The notes beneath the pieces are model-generated. The model saw only the letters and a program-made list of their open reading frames with translations. It searched no databases and was not told the DNA's origin. The position numbers were made by a program, and so were the translations under genes. A DNA stretch of 64,000 bases from Penicillus capitatus. Taxonomy: Eukaryota > Plantae > Chlorophyta. The DNA lies in the NCBI GenBank assembly GCA_965649825.1, contig OZ287694.1, positions 2,011,292 through 2,075,291 on the forward strand, in the 5' to 3' direction. The stretch's first letter is position 1. Each line of letters starts with the position of its first letter. Below, piece by piece: positions 35,825-48,324 of this stretch.

Positions 35825-38800
35825 TTAGGTTCGCATTTCAATGACGCCAGCACGCAAAGACCGCGGTCCGGCAAAAATGCGATTCTTCTTTGCTTGGCGG
35901 CGGAGTTTAAAATAGACGATCCAGAACTTGAAAGCGCAATACATAAAGACAGAAAGTGTGACCAGGTTCATCACGAAACAAAAAAGAGTGACGACGCCGC
36001 GTGTGTAGTTTTCGGGAAAATCGTCTTCCTTGAGCATGATCGCCATCAGTGTCGTGATCAGAGAGACGAACAGCGACGCGACTTCGAACTTGTTCAAGTT
36101 CTTGAAACTCTCGCGGTAGGGATTCGCCAAGATCTGCGCGACGATGGCGATCGTGATGAAGTGCGCGACGCCCGTGATCGGGATCACGCTATCGAAGCGA
36201 TGCGCACAGAATACCAGAAACGCGATCACGCCCTTTCGCAGAATGATCGCCAGTTCCCAGTAACGCAGTTGTCCCGGTCGGTAGCTTCGATAGAGGAAGC
36301 CCATCGTCTCATACGCCCAGCCGTTCACATTCATGAGGTCCGCAACACAGATCTTGAGGGAGACGATGAAGAGGACGAGCAGACCGCCATAGACAGGACA
36401 CACGAACAGCAGGACGAGATAGCCGAACAGTTGCGCGTGGGCGCCCTGATGGCACTCGATGCTCGTGTCGACGGCCCAGTACTTGGTCGTGGTCTCCTCC
36501 TCGATGTACGGCGCGTCATGCACGTCGACGCAGAGGCCGATGCTCAAGGCGACTTTCAGTAGTGGCACGAAGGTAATGTACCAGAGGACCATCAAAGAGA
36601 GAAGGTATCTCTTGGCCAGGTAACGTCGCGGCGCATCCTTGCGGCAATAGACGGCTCGTATGGTCCACAGTGTCGCCCAGAAAAGAAACGCGACGAAGGG
36701 GATGACGCAGACGTTGATGATCATGGCCAGCGCCGTCGGATGCAGCGACAGCTGAGCGGAGTCGAGACAGACAATAGACCGTCGGTTGCCTTCGGAGGCA
36801 AGACCACTCATGTACTCTGCAACAAGGGCGATGGCGAAAGAGTGACGAAGGTGTGATCACACCTGCGGCCTCGGCCATGATGATCAGAGGAATGGCCCAT
36901 CCGACTTCCAGCGAGGCGAGCAGAACGGTCACTTGGATGTAGCTCAGCGTTATCTGCAGACAGTGCGTGGAGCAAAGACAAGGACAAGGGAGTTGTGGAC
37001 CTTGAACATTTCCATAGCTTTCCACTTCGCAAGAACGAGTTCCGGTGCGTTCGTTTCGTTGAGATCCGATCCCTACGACGCACCACCTTTTCAGAATTGG
37101 TCAGCGCTCGGTGACTCTTTGCTGACGTCCTCTTGCGTGGCTGGAAGATCGTTTGGGTCCCGGGAGAGTGATCTCTGGCTGTAGATGCACGTCAGATTGG
37201 TGCGGAGGACGCTCAGTGTGCCGCCGATAGTGACGCCCATGATGGCCACCAGAAACAGCGCCGATGCCACAAGGGAGACCACGTTGATGAAACCGGTCAT
37301 ACACTTTCGGCACTTTGAAGACAATCCCGAACTGTATCCATCTTCACAGGATCCACAGAGTGGCCCCTTGTGACCCTGAGCAGATACACACCGATGACGC
37401 GGCCCTTGAGAACGACAAACGCATCGTACCTTGGCGCACTGCGCCTGAGTGTAGTTGGCAATCCACTCGTCGTCCAGGGCACAGTCTTCTAGATCTTCGG
37501 TGCGTTGCTGCAGTTTCTTGGAACGGTCTTTGAATTCGCAGGCGTGGGATGTTAGGCATCGCTGGAGATGACGACTGCAGGGCGTTTTGTGCCAGTATCC
37601 ATCGTTCGGCGTGATGACGTGGTTCTCGCAGCTGCCGTGCTCAGGACAGGGCTCGCAACTGTCCGTTTCTTTTTCCGGATGAAAGTTGTAGCTCGTGCTG
37701 CGGCAATCGACACAGAGGGACCTGGTCTTCGACATGACCTCTCCGATGGAGCACTCTTTCACGATCACGCGGATCGAGAGGCTCTTCAACAGTGTTGTGC
37801 CCGTGAAGCTTATGGTCATCTGGTAACTGCCCGAGCGAACGTAGCCCTCGATCTTGGAGAATTCTGCGCCGCCATCGTCCATAGGAAGCTCAATGGGTCG
37901 GTGGAGGAAGTTGCCAGCCGAAGAGAGAACGGCCTTGACGGTCGTATGGCTTCGTGCAGGTCCCTGACCGAGTCCATCCACGAGTTGCACGGTGATGGAT
38001 GGCAACGCGTCGCCGCTGCGATACCGATCGATGACACACTCGTCTCCGCGCGTCTCGACCGACGTGTTGTTCGTCTTTGCGACGGTTAGCTCAGCCCTGA
38101 CTGCAAAGGTTCCAATGATATCACCGTAGACGCCTGTCCAATTGCTCCGTGGGAAAGGACTGAGGTCGCTGGCCGCCGCAAGGACGCTCAGCGCTCTCCA
38201 ATCGTCTTCCTTGAGAAAATCCGCGTCTTTGCTTTCTGGAAAGGGAGCGTCGCGAAGACGGATGGCCTCCAGATAACCAGCAAAAACGGCGCCGCCAGCA
38301 ACGGTGGCTTTATTTCTAAAGAACTTTGTGCTGATCAGAGCCATGAATGGACAGTTGGAACCCGGTACCAGACACTCCTCTTTTTTCCGACTGCAAACGA
38401 AATAGACTCCCCCTGAACGACAACCCACAGACGGCTGTTATATCGTGCTTGCCGAACGAAACGTCACCTCCGAATTCGGCTGAATTGTTTTCTACTCGGC
38501 TTCGAACGAGTTGAAGCTTCAGCGGTGGATCAGATTCGGCATCAAAGTACATCGCGCCGCCAGTCCCATTCCCCGCCGTATTGTCGCGAAAGAGGCAGTC
38601 CACGCACAGGAGCCTCGAGCCACTGCTTCCAATGATACCACCTCCGCTTGTGTCCGCGCTGCAATTCGTGATGTTAGAACGGCGTACCTCGAGACGGGAC
38701 GTATCCAACGCCACAGCTCCTCCGTTCTTAGACCGTCCACGACTCATTGAGGAGTTATTCATGATAACAGTGATATCCTCCGCTGCTATAAAACCGCCAG

Positions 38801-40560
38801 AACTGTTGGCTTTGCCGTCGGAAAAGCTGGACGACGCAATCTGGATCGTCAAACCCTTGGCGTAGATGCAGCCTCCCCGTTTGGCATGATTCCTGGCGGC
38901 GTCTATCTGTCGCACGTTAACTTTTGAATTCTCGGCGTAGACGACGCCGCCGTCTTCCTCTGCGGAGTTTTTCGTCGCGGTCACATTCACAAGTTCGACA
39001 ACGAACGAATCCCGTGCGTAAACGCAGCCTCCCCGATTGGCAGAATTCTCGGCGGCGCTTATCTGTCGCATCTTGACGGTTGAACTCGTGGCGTAGACCA
39101 GACCGCCGCCTTCCTCTGCTTCGTTGTTTGCGGCGTTCATCTCCTCGAGCTCTAATACCGATTTCCCCGCGTAGATGTACCCGCCTGGCTTTGCACTGTT
39201 ATCCGTCTCGGTCCTCTGGTCCATCGGAATGAACCAGATGTAGATAAAGCCTCCTCTTCCGGCTTTGTTATTCGTCGCTATCGTTTCCTTCAGTGTCACA
39301 AACGAGTTCCACGTTCGGATGAAACCGCCATCGAACCCGGCTTCGTTGCCAGTTGCGTTTGTCTGCGTAAACACCAGCTTCGAGTTTCGCGCCGCAAAGA
39401 AGCCGCCGTCGACTTTGACGCTGTTGTTGACTGCTCGCGTCTTGCGCATCGTCGCCGTCGAGTTCCAAGCACGGATAAAGCCGCCATCCACACCGGCCGT
39501 ATTGCGTCTCGCATCTGTCTTCTTGAGTGCCACGATCGAATTCCGCACCGAAACACAGCCGCCGTCGATCGTCGCCTCGTTGTCTCTGGCGTCCATTCGA
39601 TCAGAATGCACCGTGGAGCTCATCGCGTAGATGCAGCCGCCATGGAAAGCGCTATTGCGAGACATGTTCACATCCTCGAGCGTCACGCTCGAATCCGCCA
39701 CATAAAGGAAGCCGCCAGTCTCGGCGCTGTTCTTTTTCGCCGTCGTCTTTCTGAGCTCCACTGTGGACCCCGCTGCGGCGTGGATACAGCCGCCAGTCGT
39801 GCGGGCTTCGTTCTTCTGAAAAGTCGAGTTAGAAATGGCGATTTTCGATCTCGCGGCAGCGATCGTTGCACCCCGTTCGCCTCTATTGTCCGTAAAGTCG
39901 CAGTCGTCGATCTCCACAGACGCCATCGACATGCGCAGCACTGTGGATCCAATGAGTGTGTTGTTGCGAAAGGCGACGTGGTGCAGAGCCACGACGCCAG
40001 AGTCTTCCTTCTTCCGGCCTCCTGCCACTTCGACGATCGCCTGAGGTTCGTCGTCCACAGCGTCATACCTGCAATCCTCGAACACAATATTGGCCAAGGT
40101 AGCGCTGCTGGCCCTGGGCACATGCGAAGTCGACCAGGTCGTCTTGGCAAGTGTGTCTTGTCGTCTTACCTTATGAGAAAGATGCCGGCGTTTTTCTCAG
40201 GACACGTGAACGTCGCCTGTCGTGCCGACTGGCGTACCACTCCATCGACGCGCTCTGGCCGTTCGACGCCTCCGCTAAGGGTGAGGGTCCACGGGACGAT
40301 GACGCGTGACGTCAGGTTGATGCGACGCGTCGTGTCGAACACAATCGCGTCGCCTTCTGTCGTACAGTTGATAATCGATTGCAAATCTGTTCCTTCGCGC
40401 AGAAAGTCATCATCTAGACGCCACGTTCCATCTTCCTGTCGGTAACGGTCTACGAGCTTTTTCGCCAGTGAACAATTGAACTCTAACAGTCGCCGAACGC
40501 ACAAACTCGACGGATTCAGAAAAGCGGACCGTACCGGCGGGGACGGGTGCGGTGAAGGAT
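35825..40560 (-). CDS. Large surface protein: parallel beta-helix (Pmp-like N.A...GG repeats), Cys-rich stalk, multi-TM C-terminus; at least 5 exons, start unresolved
   Basis: ORFs 40166-40774, 38316-40121 (many N.A..xGG.I repeats), 37091-38428 (CxxC motifs, GHKGPLCGSCEDGY), 36516-37025 and 35825-36811 (TM helices; MGFLYRSY...YWELAIILRK). Confidence 0.85.
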
Positions 40561-41778
40561 GCGCTCGACTGAAGGAGAGCGCGGTGGACCTCCGGCTTCT
40601 ACAAGGCAGAGAGCGCGTCACTCGGCGCGCGTCTCGGTGAATTTCGTCGAAGCTTACTGCATCTCCGTCTGCATTCGTCGAATGAAGGTTGATGGTTTCG
40701 CCGAGTCGAGTCGCGTGGCGCGCGTGTCTCGAACCTGCCAAGCACGTCACCCACGCTTTCAATGGCGACAACAAGGAGCACTACGGACCTAAGGGTACAG
40801 CCGCCGCCATTGTTGTACCGCTTCGCCGTGCAGGGCGGTATGCCACGTCGTTGAAGCGCCCACCAGGAGGACTGCTGATTGAAGACAGAAGCAGAAACAC
40901 GATGAAGAAGTTCATCGTCGGAATAAAGTGCAGCGAATCTGCGAGAAGAAAGACGAGACAATGGAAATGGAGTTATGGGATGTTAGAAAGAATCCTCAGG
41001 AGCGAGAGAAGGCGGAGGATGGTGGAAACCGTCGAGGTTTAGAGGAGGGGGTGCTTCGTGACACGTCACATCACATCGCGGTGGGGTTTTGCGTCCATTC
41101 GCTGAACGGACCGTCCGCGGCTGTGGTTAGATCTCGAGGCTCGGACGGGACGTGAATGCAGGACCATCACCGGTTTTCGTTTCCGTCTCGGATAACCGTT
41201 CCCCTCTCCTCTCGCGTTTCTCAACACAGAACGACACTAATGGATGACTTTGGGAAGCTTTATCACTGTAGATGCATGCCAGAAGCAGAAGCGGTGCTTT
41301 GAACAAAGACCAGCAGCGAAACGGCACAATCAGATCAGCCAAGGCGATGGATTCATTCCAGCAAGTCACATCAACGGACACAAAGGAGGTCCTGTCACGT
41401 CAAACGGAAGGCCAGAGAAGAACAAACGTGTGCATACTTTTTGCCGTCAAAACGGCGAGACGCGCCGAGAGTGAAACGCGAACAGACGGATTGTTTCGCG
41501 GGCTAAGGCCGGCGGCAGTTTCGGCGAGTTTCTTGCTCGACACTTAACCAAACCTTGCGTAAGGTCCATGATGGACGGACTGTCCTTATCTACGAGTTTG
41601 AGCAATACGTTCACAGCAGCACGTCTATCGCACAGGCTTCATCGTGTCACTCATGACGTAGAGGTTATTCAGCCGACAGGCAATAGCGTCAATGATGCGC
41701 ATTCGTTCGGTGTCGCGTCAGTCAATGTTGCACCTACTGCTCGAGTGTCGACACACTAGGGGAGTGTGGTAACGCGCA

Positions 41779-44330
41779 ATGACGAGGCAAATGACCACGA
41801 TGATTATAGAGAAACCACTCTTCGACCATCTGTTCACTAAAGGATTTAAGTGGCGGTTGTTCGAGCGCATCCATTCCGCCCAAAACTCAAAAACTCCTGG
41901 CGCAACTCTTCTGCTGTCGATTTCGCTTCGTCGGCCAAAATGCAAGTCAACGGTGCGGTCGCCGAACGTTATTCCTACTTTGCTGAGTGCAGTCGGCAGA
42001 GGGACAGAGCACCGACAACGGCGTACCGTACTCCTACGTCGTAAACACGTACCAGTGGTACGCGACCTATGAAGTATAGAGACAATGTCGCAGCAAACTT
42101 ACCGCGTCGGAAACGGTTTCCTGTGCAACAGTGCCTCATACATCGCTCTCTCTTCGATGCGAAAAAGCAAACGCGCGACCTGGAGGCTTTCACAGTGGAC
42201 GGAAAGCAATGGTGCGTAAAGCACGTTGTCCAGTCCCGCGCTATTTGACAAGCTTATGTTTGAGGTGCGTCCGCGTTGTGTACTCAAAGGGGAAGCTGTC
42301 GGTCTGCCTGTTATCGCTCAATAGAGATGGCGACGCAGCGCATCACACCTTTACGCTTCTTAATCGCCTCGACGCAGAGAGAAGTGTGAGAATAGGTATG
42401 CCAATTGTGGCGGCGGTTTCTGAATGCTCCAGTTCGTACGCCTATAGTGAAATCTGGAAATTCCGGCTGGCGGCGCCGCACAAAGTTTTCCGTCCTGGCG
42501 GCGGCGGCAGATATCGACGCGCCTTCGGCAGGATTTTTGGACGACGGATCGTTTTCGCTGCGTCTAGAGATGCGAATCAAGCACCCGGACAACGAGTCGT
42601 TTCACGCTTCCGTCGTAGACGAGACGACAACTTGTGAGGTAAAGACTGAATCGTGGACGACGCTCACTGGACAACAACTGTCGTTTCAGTGGAAGCTCAA
42701 GAACGTACGTGACATGAGCCCGTCCATCATCAAGAGTGACGCTTTCGAAGTCGGCGGATGCAAGATGTAAATACCCATCGCCTTGTGCCGTCCGTATGGC
42801 CATTGCGACATCTGTCTGCTCAGGAGATTGGAAATCCACCGAGATGATTCGTCCACAGAACCTGACGGCTTGAAGGTTTACCTGCGGAACAAGAGTCGTC
42901 ATCCGTGTTGGGTGAATGGCACGATTCGCGTCACGAATTATCGATCGCCAAACAATCGCACTGTCCAAAGTGCCCTTCCAAATAACAGCAACGTCAAAGA
43001 CATGGCCGCTTTCGCAGATATCGAGGAGGAAGTCAAAGCCGCCGCCGCCGCCGCCGCCGGAGAAAGCGTTCGGGTCTTGGATGTCAGTCGCCTTCTCGTC
43101 GACGGCTCCGACGTCGTCAATCGGCGCGGCTGTTTAACTTTTTCCGTAACACTTCGTGGCTGCAACTGCCGACACGCCGCATGCGAAGTACTGCGCAAGA
43201 AGACGGGCAGAGGAATCGATCTCACCTCTTGGATTGCCACAGAAACGCGAATAAACGCCGAAAGTACGTTCCACTTCGCAAACGCTGCTTTACTTGTCTC
43301 ACAGCGAGGTGCGGCTCTGGTACGAGAAGCCTACCGCATGCTTACCTTATCTCCAGGAACGCATCGGCATACTCCTGTGAAGTGATCTCTCTTCAAGCTC
43401 CTCAGAGACCTCCTTTGACTGGAAGCCTCTTTGTATGCAGCTGTGTTTGCATCGTTCTCTGCTGGAGAAGAGCGGCAGTCGATTCTCCATGAAGCTATGC
43501 GCCCTGCGTGGCGTCACGTGGTACAAATGGATCGCTGGTTTTCTTGCTGGCGGACACACCTGTCTGTCCAGGTACATTGCTGTCCATCACAAAGACGATG
43601 GCAGTCTGGCGTCTCATGTCTATGTCATGAATGCGCCAGCTGTCGAATTCGAAATTGGATTCACGCTGGCCAACCTCGAGAACGAAGCCGACAGCATCCA
43701 CATCGGTATGCCGGAAAGGCAGTTCGCTAACCGTTCAGCCAATGGCGGATTGTGTCTGTGAAGAGAATCGCGAAGCGGTGACCGTCTGCAACGGATACTG
43801 GGGAGGCGACTTGTGCCCCGTGAGGAGATTGACAGAGGCGTCTTCCGGATTCCTCAAAAGCAGCTTCTTTGTGATCGTCATGAACATGACCATCAAAGCA
43901 GACGACAACGAACTTGGCGATTTCGTTGCTCACAGATTTGCTAAGAGGGTGGCCAAATGGGTCAGTCCCTGATGCGACGGTTAAGAACCATCGCGTCGCT
44001 CTGAAGGTGGTCCCGCACTTGGCAGTCAGTATAGGGCTGCCACATGTCTTTTCTCTATCTGCCTTACACGTTGTATTCGAGGCACAGCAGATCGCAGAAA
44101 CACTGAGCGGATGTCGCTGGAATGTGACATTGGCACGATTGTACACATCTTCACGTTTTGCATCGCTCTGTTCGTTTGGTGTCGCAACGCGTCTTGTCAT
44201 CCTGCCGCTACTGTCGGTCTGTTTGTCGAGTTTGTATCTTTCGATCTCGACAGGCGTGTCGTCCTCTGCAGAAGCTGCGCGGCTAAAGGCGTTGTGCGAT
44301 GCGTGAATGTTCTGTCACGTCAGAAGCTTT
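41779..44330 (+). CDS. Multi-MATH (TRAF-like) domain protein, at least 3 MATH units, many short introns; ends approximate
   Basis: EAFTVDGKQW|...LSVCLL...FTLLNRLD; GFLDDGSFSLRL; FQWKLKN...SDAFEVGGCK; FLAGGHT...FEIGFTLAN...GFLKSSFFVIVM. A (GCC)7 poly-Ala tract lies at 43038-43058. Confidence 0.75.
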
Positions 44331-45400
44331 GACGAAGTTTAGGCTAGCAGATAACGCTTCTTGCTTGGATGGAATCCTCAGACAGGTCGTTCACTAAGTG
44401 CCGAACGAGACGGAGTGAACAGACTTACTTGAGTCCCAACATCACTCTATCGTTCTAGTACAGGGCTGCATCTTTACGTTTACCTGTTAAGGGGTCTCTC
44501 TTCAGGACGTCGTTAAATCGATCTTGATCAAGAGGATCATTTCACAATAGCTGAAGTTCTGGCTGGATGCACAGCTTTCCTCCTATCACCACACGCATTT
44601 CCAAAAAGGCAGGATTGAGAGTGTCTGGCAAGAGTAGATGTGTGACTAAGGGAGTCCATATAGAGAGAGATCCGTCAACAATGCATAAGCAGGATAAACA
44701 CACGGACCCAATGCTCGGGTTAAGAAAGACCTAATGGCGGTTCTATGATTTCTCTGCCGTCAGATGACACGGTGGTTGACAGCTGTTTTCGCTAAGAGTC
44801 TGCAAAAGCATGGCTTCTTTGGAGTTGACTCGGTAGTTTGGGAAAATGCGCCGCCATCGATTGCACTTGTCTCAGGGATGCATCATCTCTTGGCCTCCGT
44901 ACTGGCATGATTCTCAATAGATGACGGATTCCACATAATTATGAGGTATTGCCGTTCAGAGAACACGGCTCTGCGTCCGAACGCATTTTCGCCTCACATA
45001 GACAACGAACGGCTGTTTTTCCAGACCTCGAACAACTCTTAACAGTTATGGCCCGCGTCAGCTGCCTTTTGTATTCGGTTGACGTAAGACGCTCCTTCGA
45101 CGCACGTGAGGGCATCTTTATTACCGTCTGCCTCGCTTGACTACGAGACGAGAGACGTTTTCTGCGGCGTCCGTTGAGTGTCGTATCTCTTGGAGCGACA
45201 ACTCTTATCGTTGCCCCTTGATTGCACACATCTGACGGTAATGCAGCAGTGCGAGTGAATGATCCATCAAACAGGCGATGATGTCCGCACCACTGTGAGA
45301 ATTTCTCAACGCGAACTGTCCCGTACAGAACACGCACATTATCCAAGACGAACTTCTCTTCGACCCCGCAGTGCGGCATTGGCTCATTTCTTCGAGAAGG

Positions 45401-47733
45401 ATGTCCTCAGGCGGAGAGAGTCGGGCGTGCTCTCAAGACAACGCGGAGACGCAGCTGGAGTTAGGTGCGTTGATAACGCCCGCGATTTCTCCGTCCCGGA
45501 CAGGAGAAGAAAGGATGGTGTGCTGTTGTAGGAGATGTGGCAGAAAGCAGCGGGTCATCGACCGAACAGCCAAGACTTGTTCTTCGGATGCCGCCGGAAC
45601 TGCCGCCGGATTACGCAAAACAGTGAGCATCGGGCCCACAAATTTCAACTGCTGACGAACCGTCTGGTTAACGGATAGGCTCATCGAAGCGCACGGAATC
45701 GACGTCTTCAATGCCGTTGATGACGAAGAGAGATTGCCTGTTCTCTGGCAAGTCATCCGAAGAGGCGGCTACGACTGCGCGAACGCGCTACTGGATGACG
45801 CGAAGAAGAAGGGAATCGCCGTCACGTTTCGCGAACGGGGTCGGGATCTGCTGTCGTGGGCAATCAAAAACGATACGCACGAAGCCGTCGAGTTCATTGT
45901 GGAGAAGCTCGGGGAGAAATGCGCTTCCCTCGAAGAAACGCGCCGCCTCCTTGCGAAGCACCTCCATACCATCGGCGAAAGGCGTCCAACACTGCTGGTC
46001 GATCTTCTCAAGAAGGACAAATTCACCGTGGAGTACGACAGATTTCCAGTACGAAGGGCCGTTTTCGACATCGGCGGCGGAAAACGAACAAAAATGATCG
46101 AGAAGGACAAATCCGCAAACGTGAACAACTGGGCAGTCCTGTCCAGCAGTTACGGCAAGGACTCCTGGGACAAGCACGATGACGAACAAGCGCCTCAGGC
46201 GGAGGTTGGAGATTCACTGGAGCCGCCACAAATCGACGCCATTGCAAAACTCTTCTGCGTCAGCCACGCCGCCCCCCAGGGAAGACGAAAGCCGATTCCA
46301 TCGCCATCATCGCGCCAGCTGGACATCATCCCGAGCAGCCAGCGACAGCAGCATCTCTGCATATACCTGCACAAGAAGAACCTCCCTGTGGAGGTCTTCC
46401 AGTCCGAGACGTTGCAGTGCCTGATCGACTACTGGTTTGACAAACATCGCCCCGTGTATCAGAAGGCCGTCATTGCAGATGGCGCAGCCGCTGTGGCCTT
46501 CACGATCTTCTCCCTTCTGTACGGAAGCCAAGACGAAGTCAGAGTGCTCCATCCGCACGATCTATCTATCGCGCTGATTTGCTTAACGTGTGTGATGCAC
46601 ACAGCAGCAACGATCTGCCATCCGTCCCTTCTAAGGCAAGAAACGGCATAGGAGCCTCTTCTTGAGACGTATGGGGATACAGGTTGGGCATCCAGTCGAT
46701 CGAAGTGCCGCTTCTCGTGCACACCTGCCGAGCAGATCATCATCACAGATACTCCGCCTTCCTGACATCGCTCGCCTGTATCCTTCAGTGGATCTCCGTA
46801 TGTTCCACTCTGTCGCCTCTGCTGTCTGCTGAGTATGTTCGTTCGTTCGTTTCAGCTGTTCCGTATGTCGCAGCCGTTCGATCGATTAGGGCCGTTCATC
46901 TCGATGGTGAACTCAGCTATCAAAGACTCTTTGCGTTTTCTGCTGCTGGGGATCCTTCTGATCTTCGGCTATTCGGCGGCGTTCGTGGTGCTCGCCAAGA
47001 GCGGCTGCATCGGAGATGACGAAGGAAACTTCCATTCCCTTCCGCGTGCCATCGAAACCCTCCTCTACGCCTGTCTTGGAAGCTACGACGCGGATGTAGG
47101 ACCTCATTTACTTGCTATTGGCTTTGATGGTGGGTCTGCCCTATGGATGTAGATGTTTCGCTCTTCGGACCACCTTTTCGCATTCTGGGCCACTCTGCTG
47201 TTCACGTCCTTCGTCTACATCGCGAAGATCGTGCTCATCAGTTTGCTGATCGTCATCCTGGCGGATACCTACGAGCGAGTCCGATCGAAGGAGAAGGCAG
47301 AACTGCGAAAGCTTCGACTCCGGATCGGTGCCAACAGCTACATCCGTCCTGCGCTTTTCGCCATCTCCAAAAAAGCACGGTGCGTTTCCGAAAAGGGTGC
47401 GAAATCTGAAGCTCTGTTCGGTGGCGGCGCTGCAGGGAGAGTATTGAACCCTATCTTTGGTTTCTGTTTGGCGGCTGCCGTCCGTCACAGCCGCCGGAAC
47501 CGGAGGATGTGGATCGTCATCCAGCCCCGTTGAAAGAATCTCTTTTCCTCTTTCTGGGCCCCGAAGGCAGTGAAGCAGCGTCTCGCGATGATAAATGGCC
47601 TGGCAGATGGACGGCATTTGTAAGAGCCATCAAGGCGGAATCGCAGAAAACGGTGCAAAATAGCAAAGACCAACACGCACCGTTGGGAAAGAGCGTGGAA
47701 TCTGCCATGGAACATGTACTTCAGAAAGACTAG
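45401..47733 (+). CDS. TRP-type cation channel with degenerate ankyrin-like N-terminus, copy 1
   Basis: LLSWAIKND repeats, LIDYWFDK pre-S1, DRLGPFISMV S4-S5 linker, RFLL...IFGYSAAF S5, GNFHSL...TLLYACLGSYD pore, LISLLIVILADTYERV S6/TRP-like region. Confidence 0.85.
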
Positions 47734-48324
47734 AACCTGGTGATCTTCCAACCAAACACCAACAGTGCACCGTTCACTGCCTATCGCTGATCGTCCCGAC
47801 GCTCGAAATAAGATTCTTTCTCCCAGGAGATGAAGCAAATGCAGACGATCGTTTTGTTTCAGGCCCTTCTTTGTAGATGTGTCCTGTTTGATCGGGCTTC
47901 TGCGGTTGACCAAAGCAGAGATGCACCTAAGGTCATTCTGCTAATAAGGCCTGATCACGCACAGCCCTGTCACATCAGCTATCCAACGCTTGAACGTTCG
48001 ATGTTAATCACGAGGAACGGGACGAATCTGTAAGCAGTGGGGCAATAAAGAGCTTTGGAGTCAAGCATCTGGACGACTTTGTCTCTGGATCTGTCCTCTT
48101 CGGTCAGCCAGGTCCATCTTACCGGACTTCCACGGAGTTCGGATACCTGTCCTTGGTATTAATACTCTTGCGACGCGTTTGTATATGCAGCACTCGGTTT
48201 CGCCTCACACTGAGGACAAAGTTGAAGGCGACGGGTCCTTTTTTGAAAGGGACAGCCTAGAGAAGAGGCAGTCGTGACGACGGTTAATAATACACCATTG
48301 TTTCGTTTCTTTCCTCGTAGCAGA

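Noticed and set aside
35894-36562. Long antisense ORFs (also 4398-5153, 18923-19600, 26462-27406, 39606-40445)
   Set aside because: They lie opposite well-supported genes and are expected from codon bias in GC-rich coding DNA.
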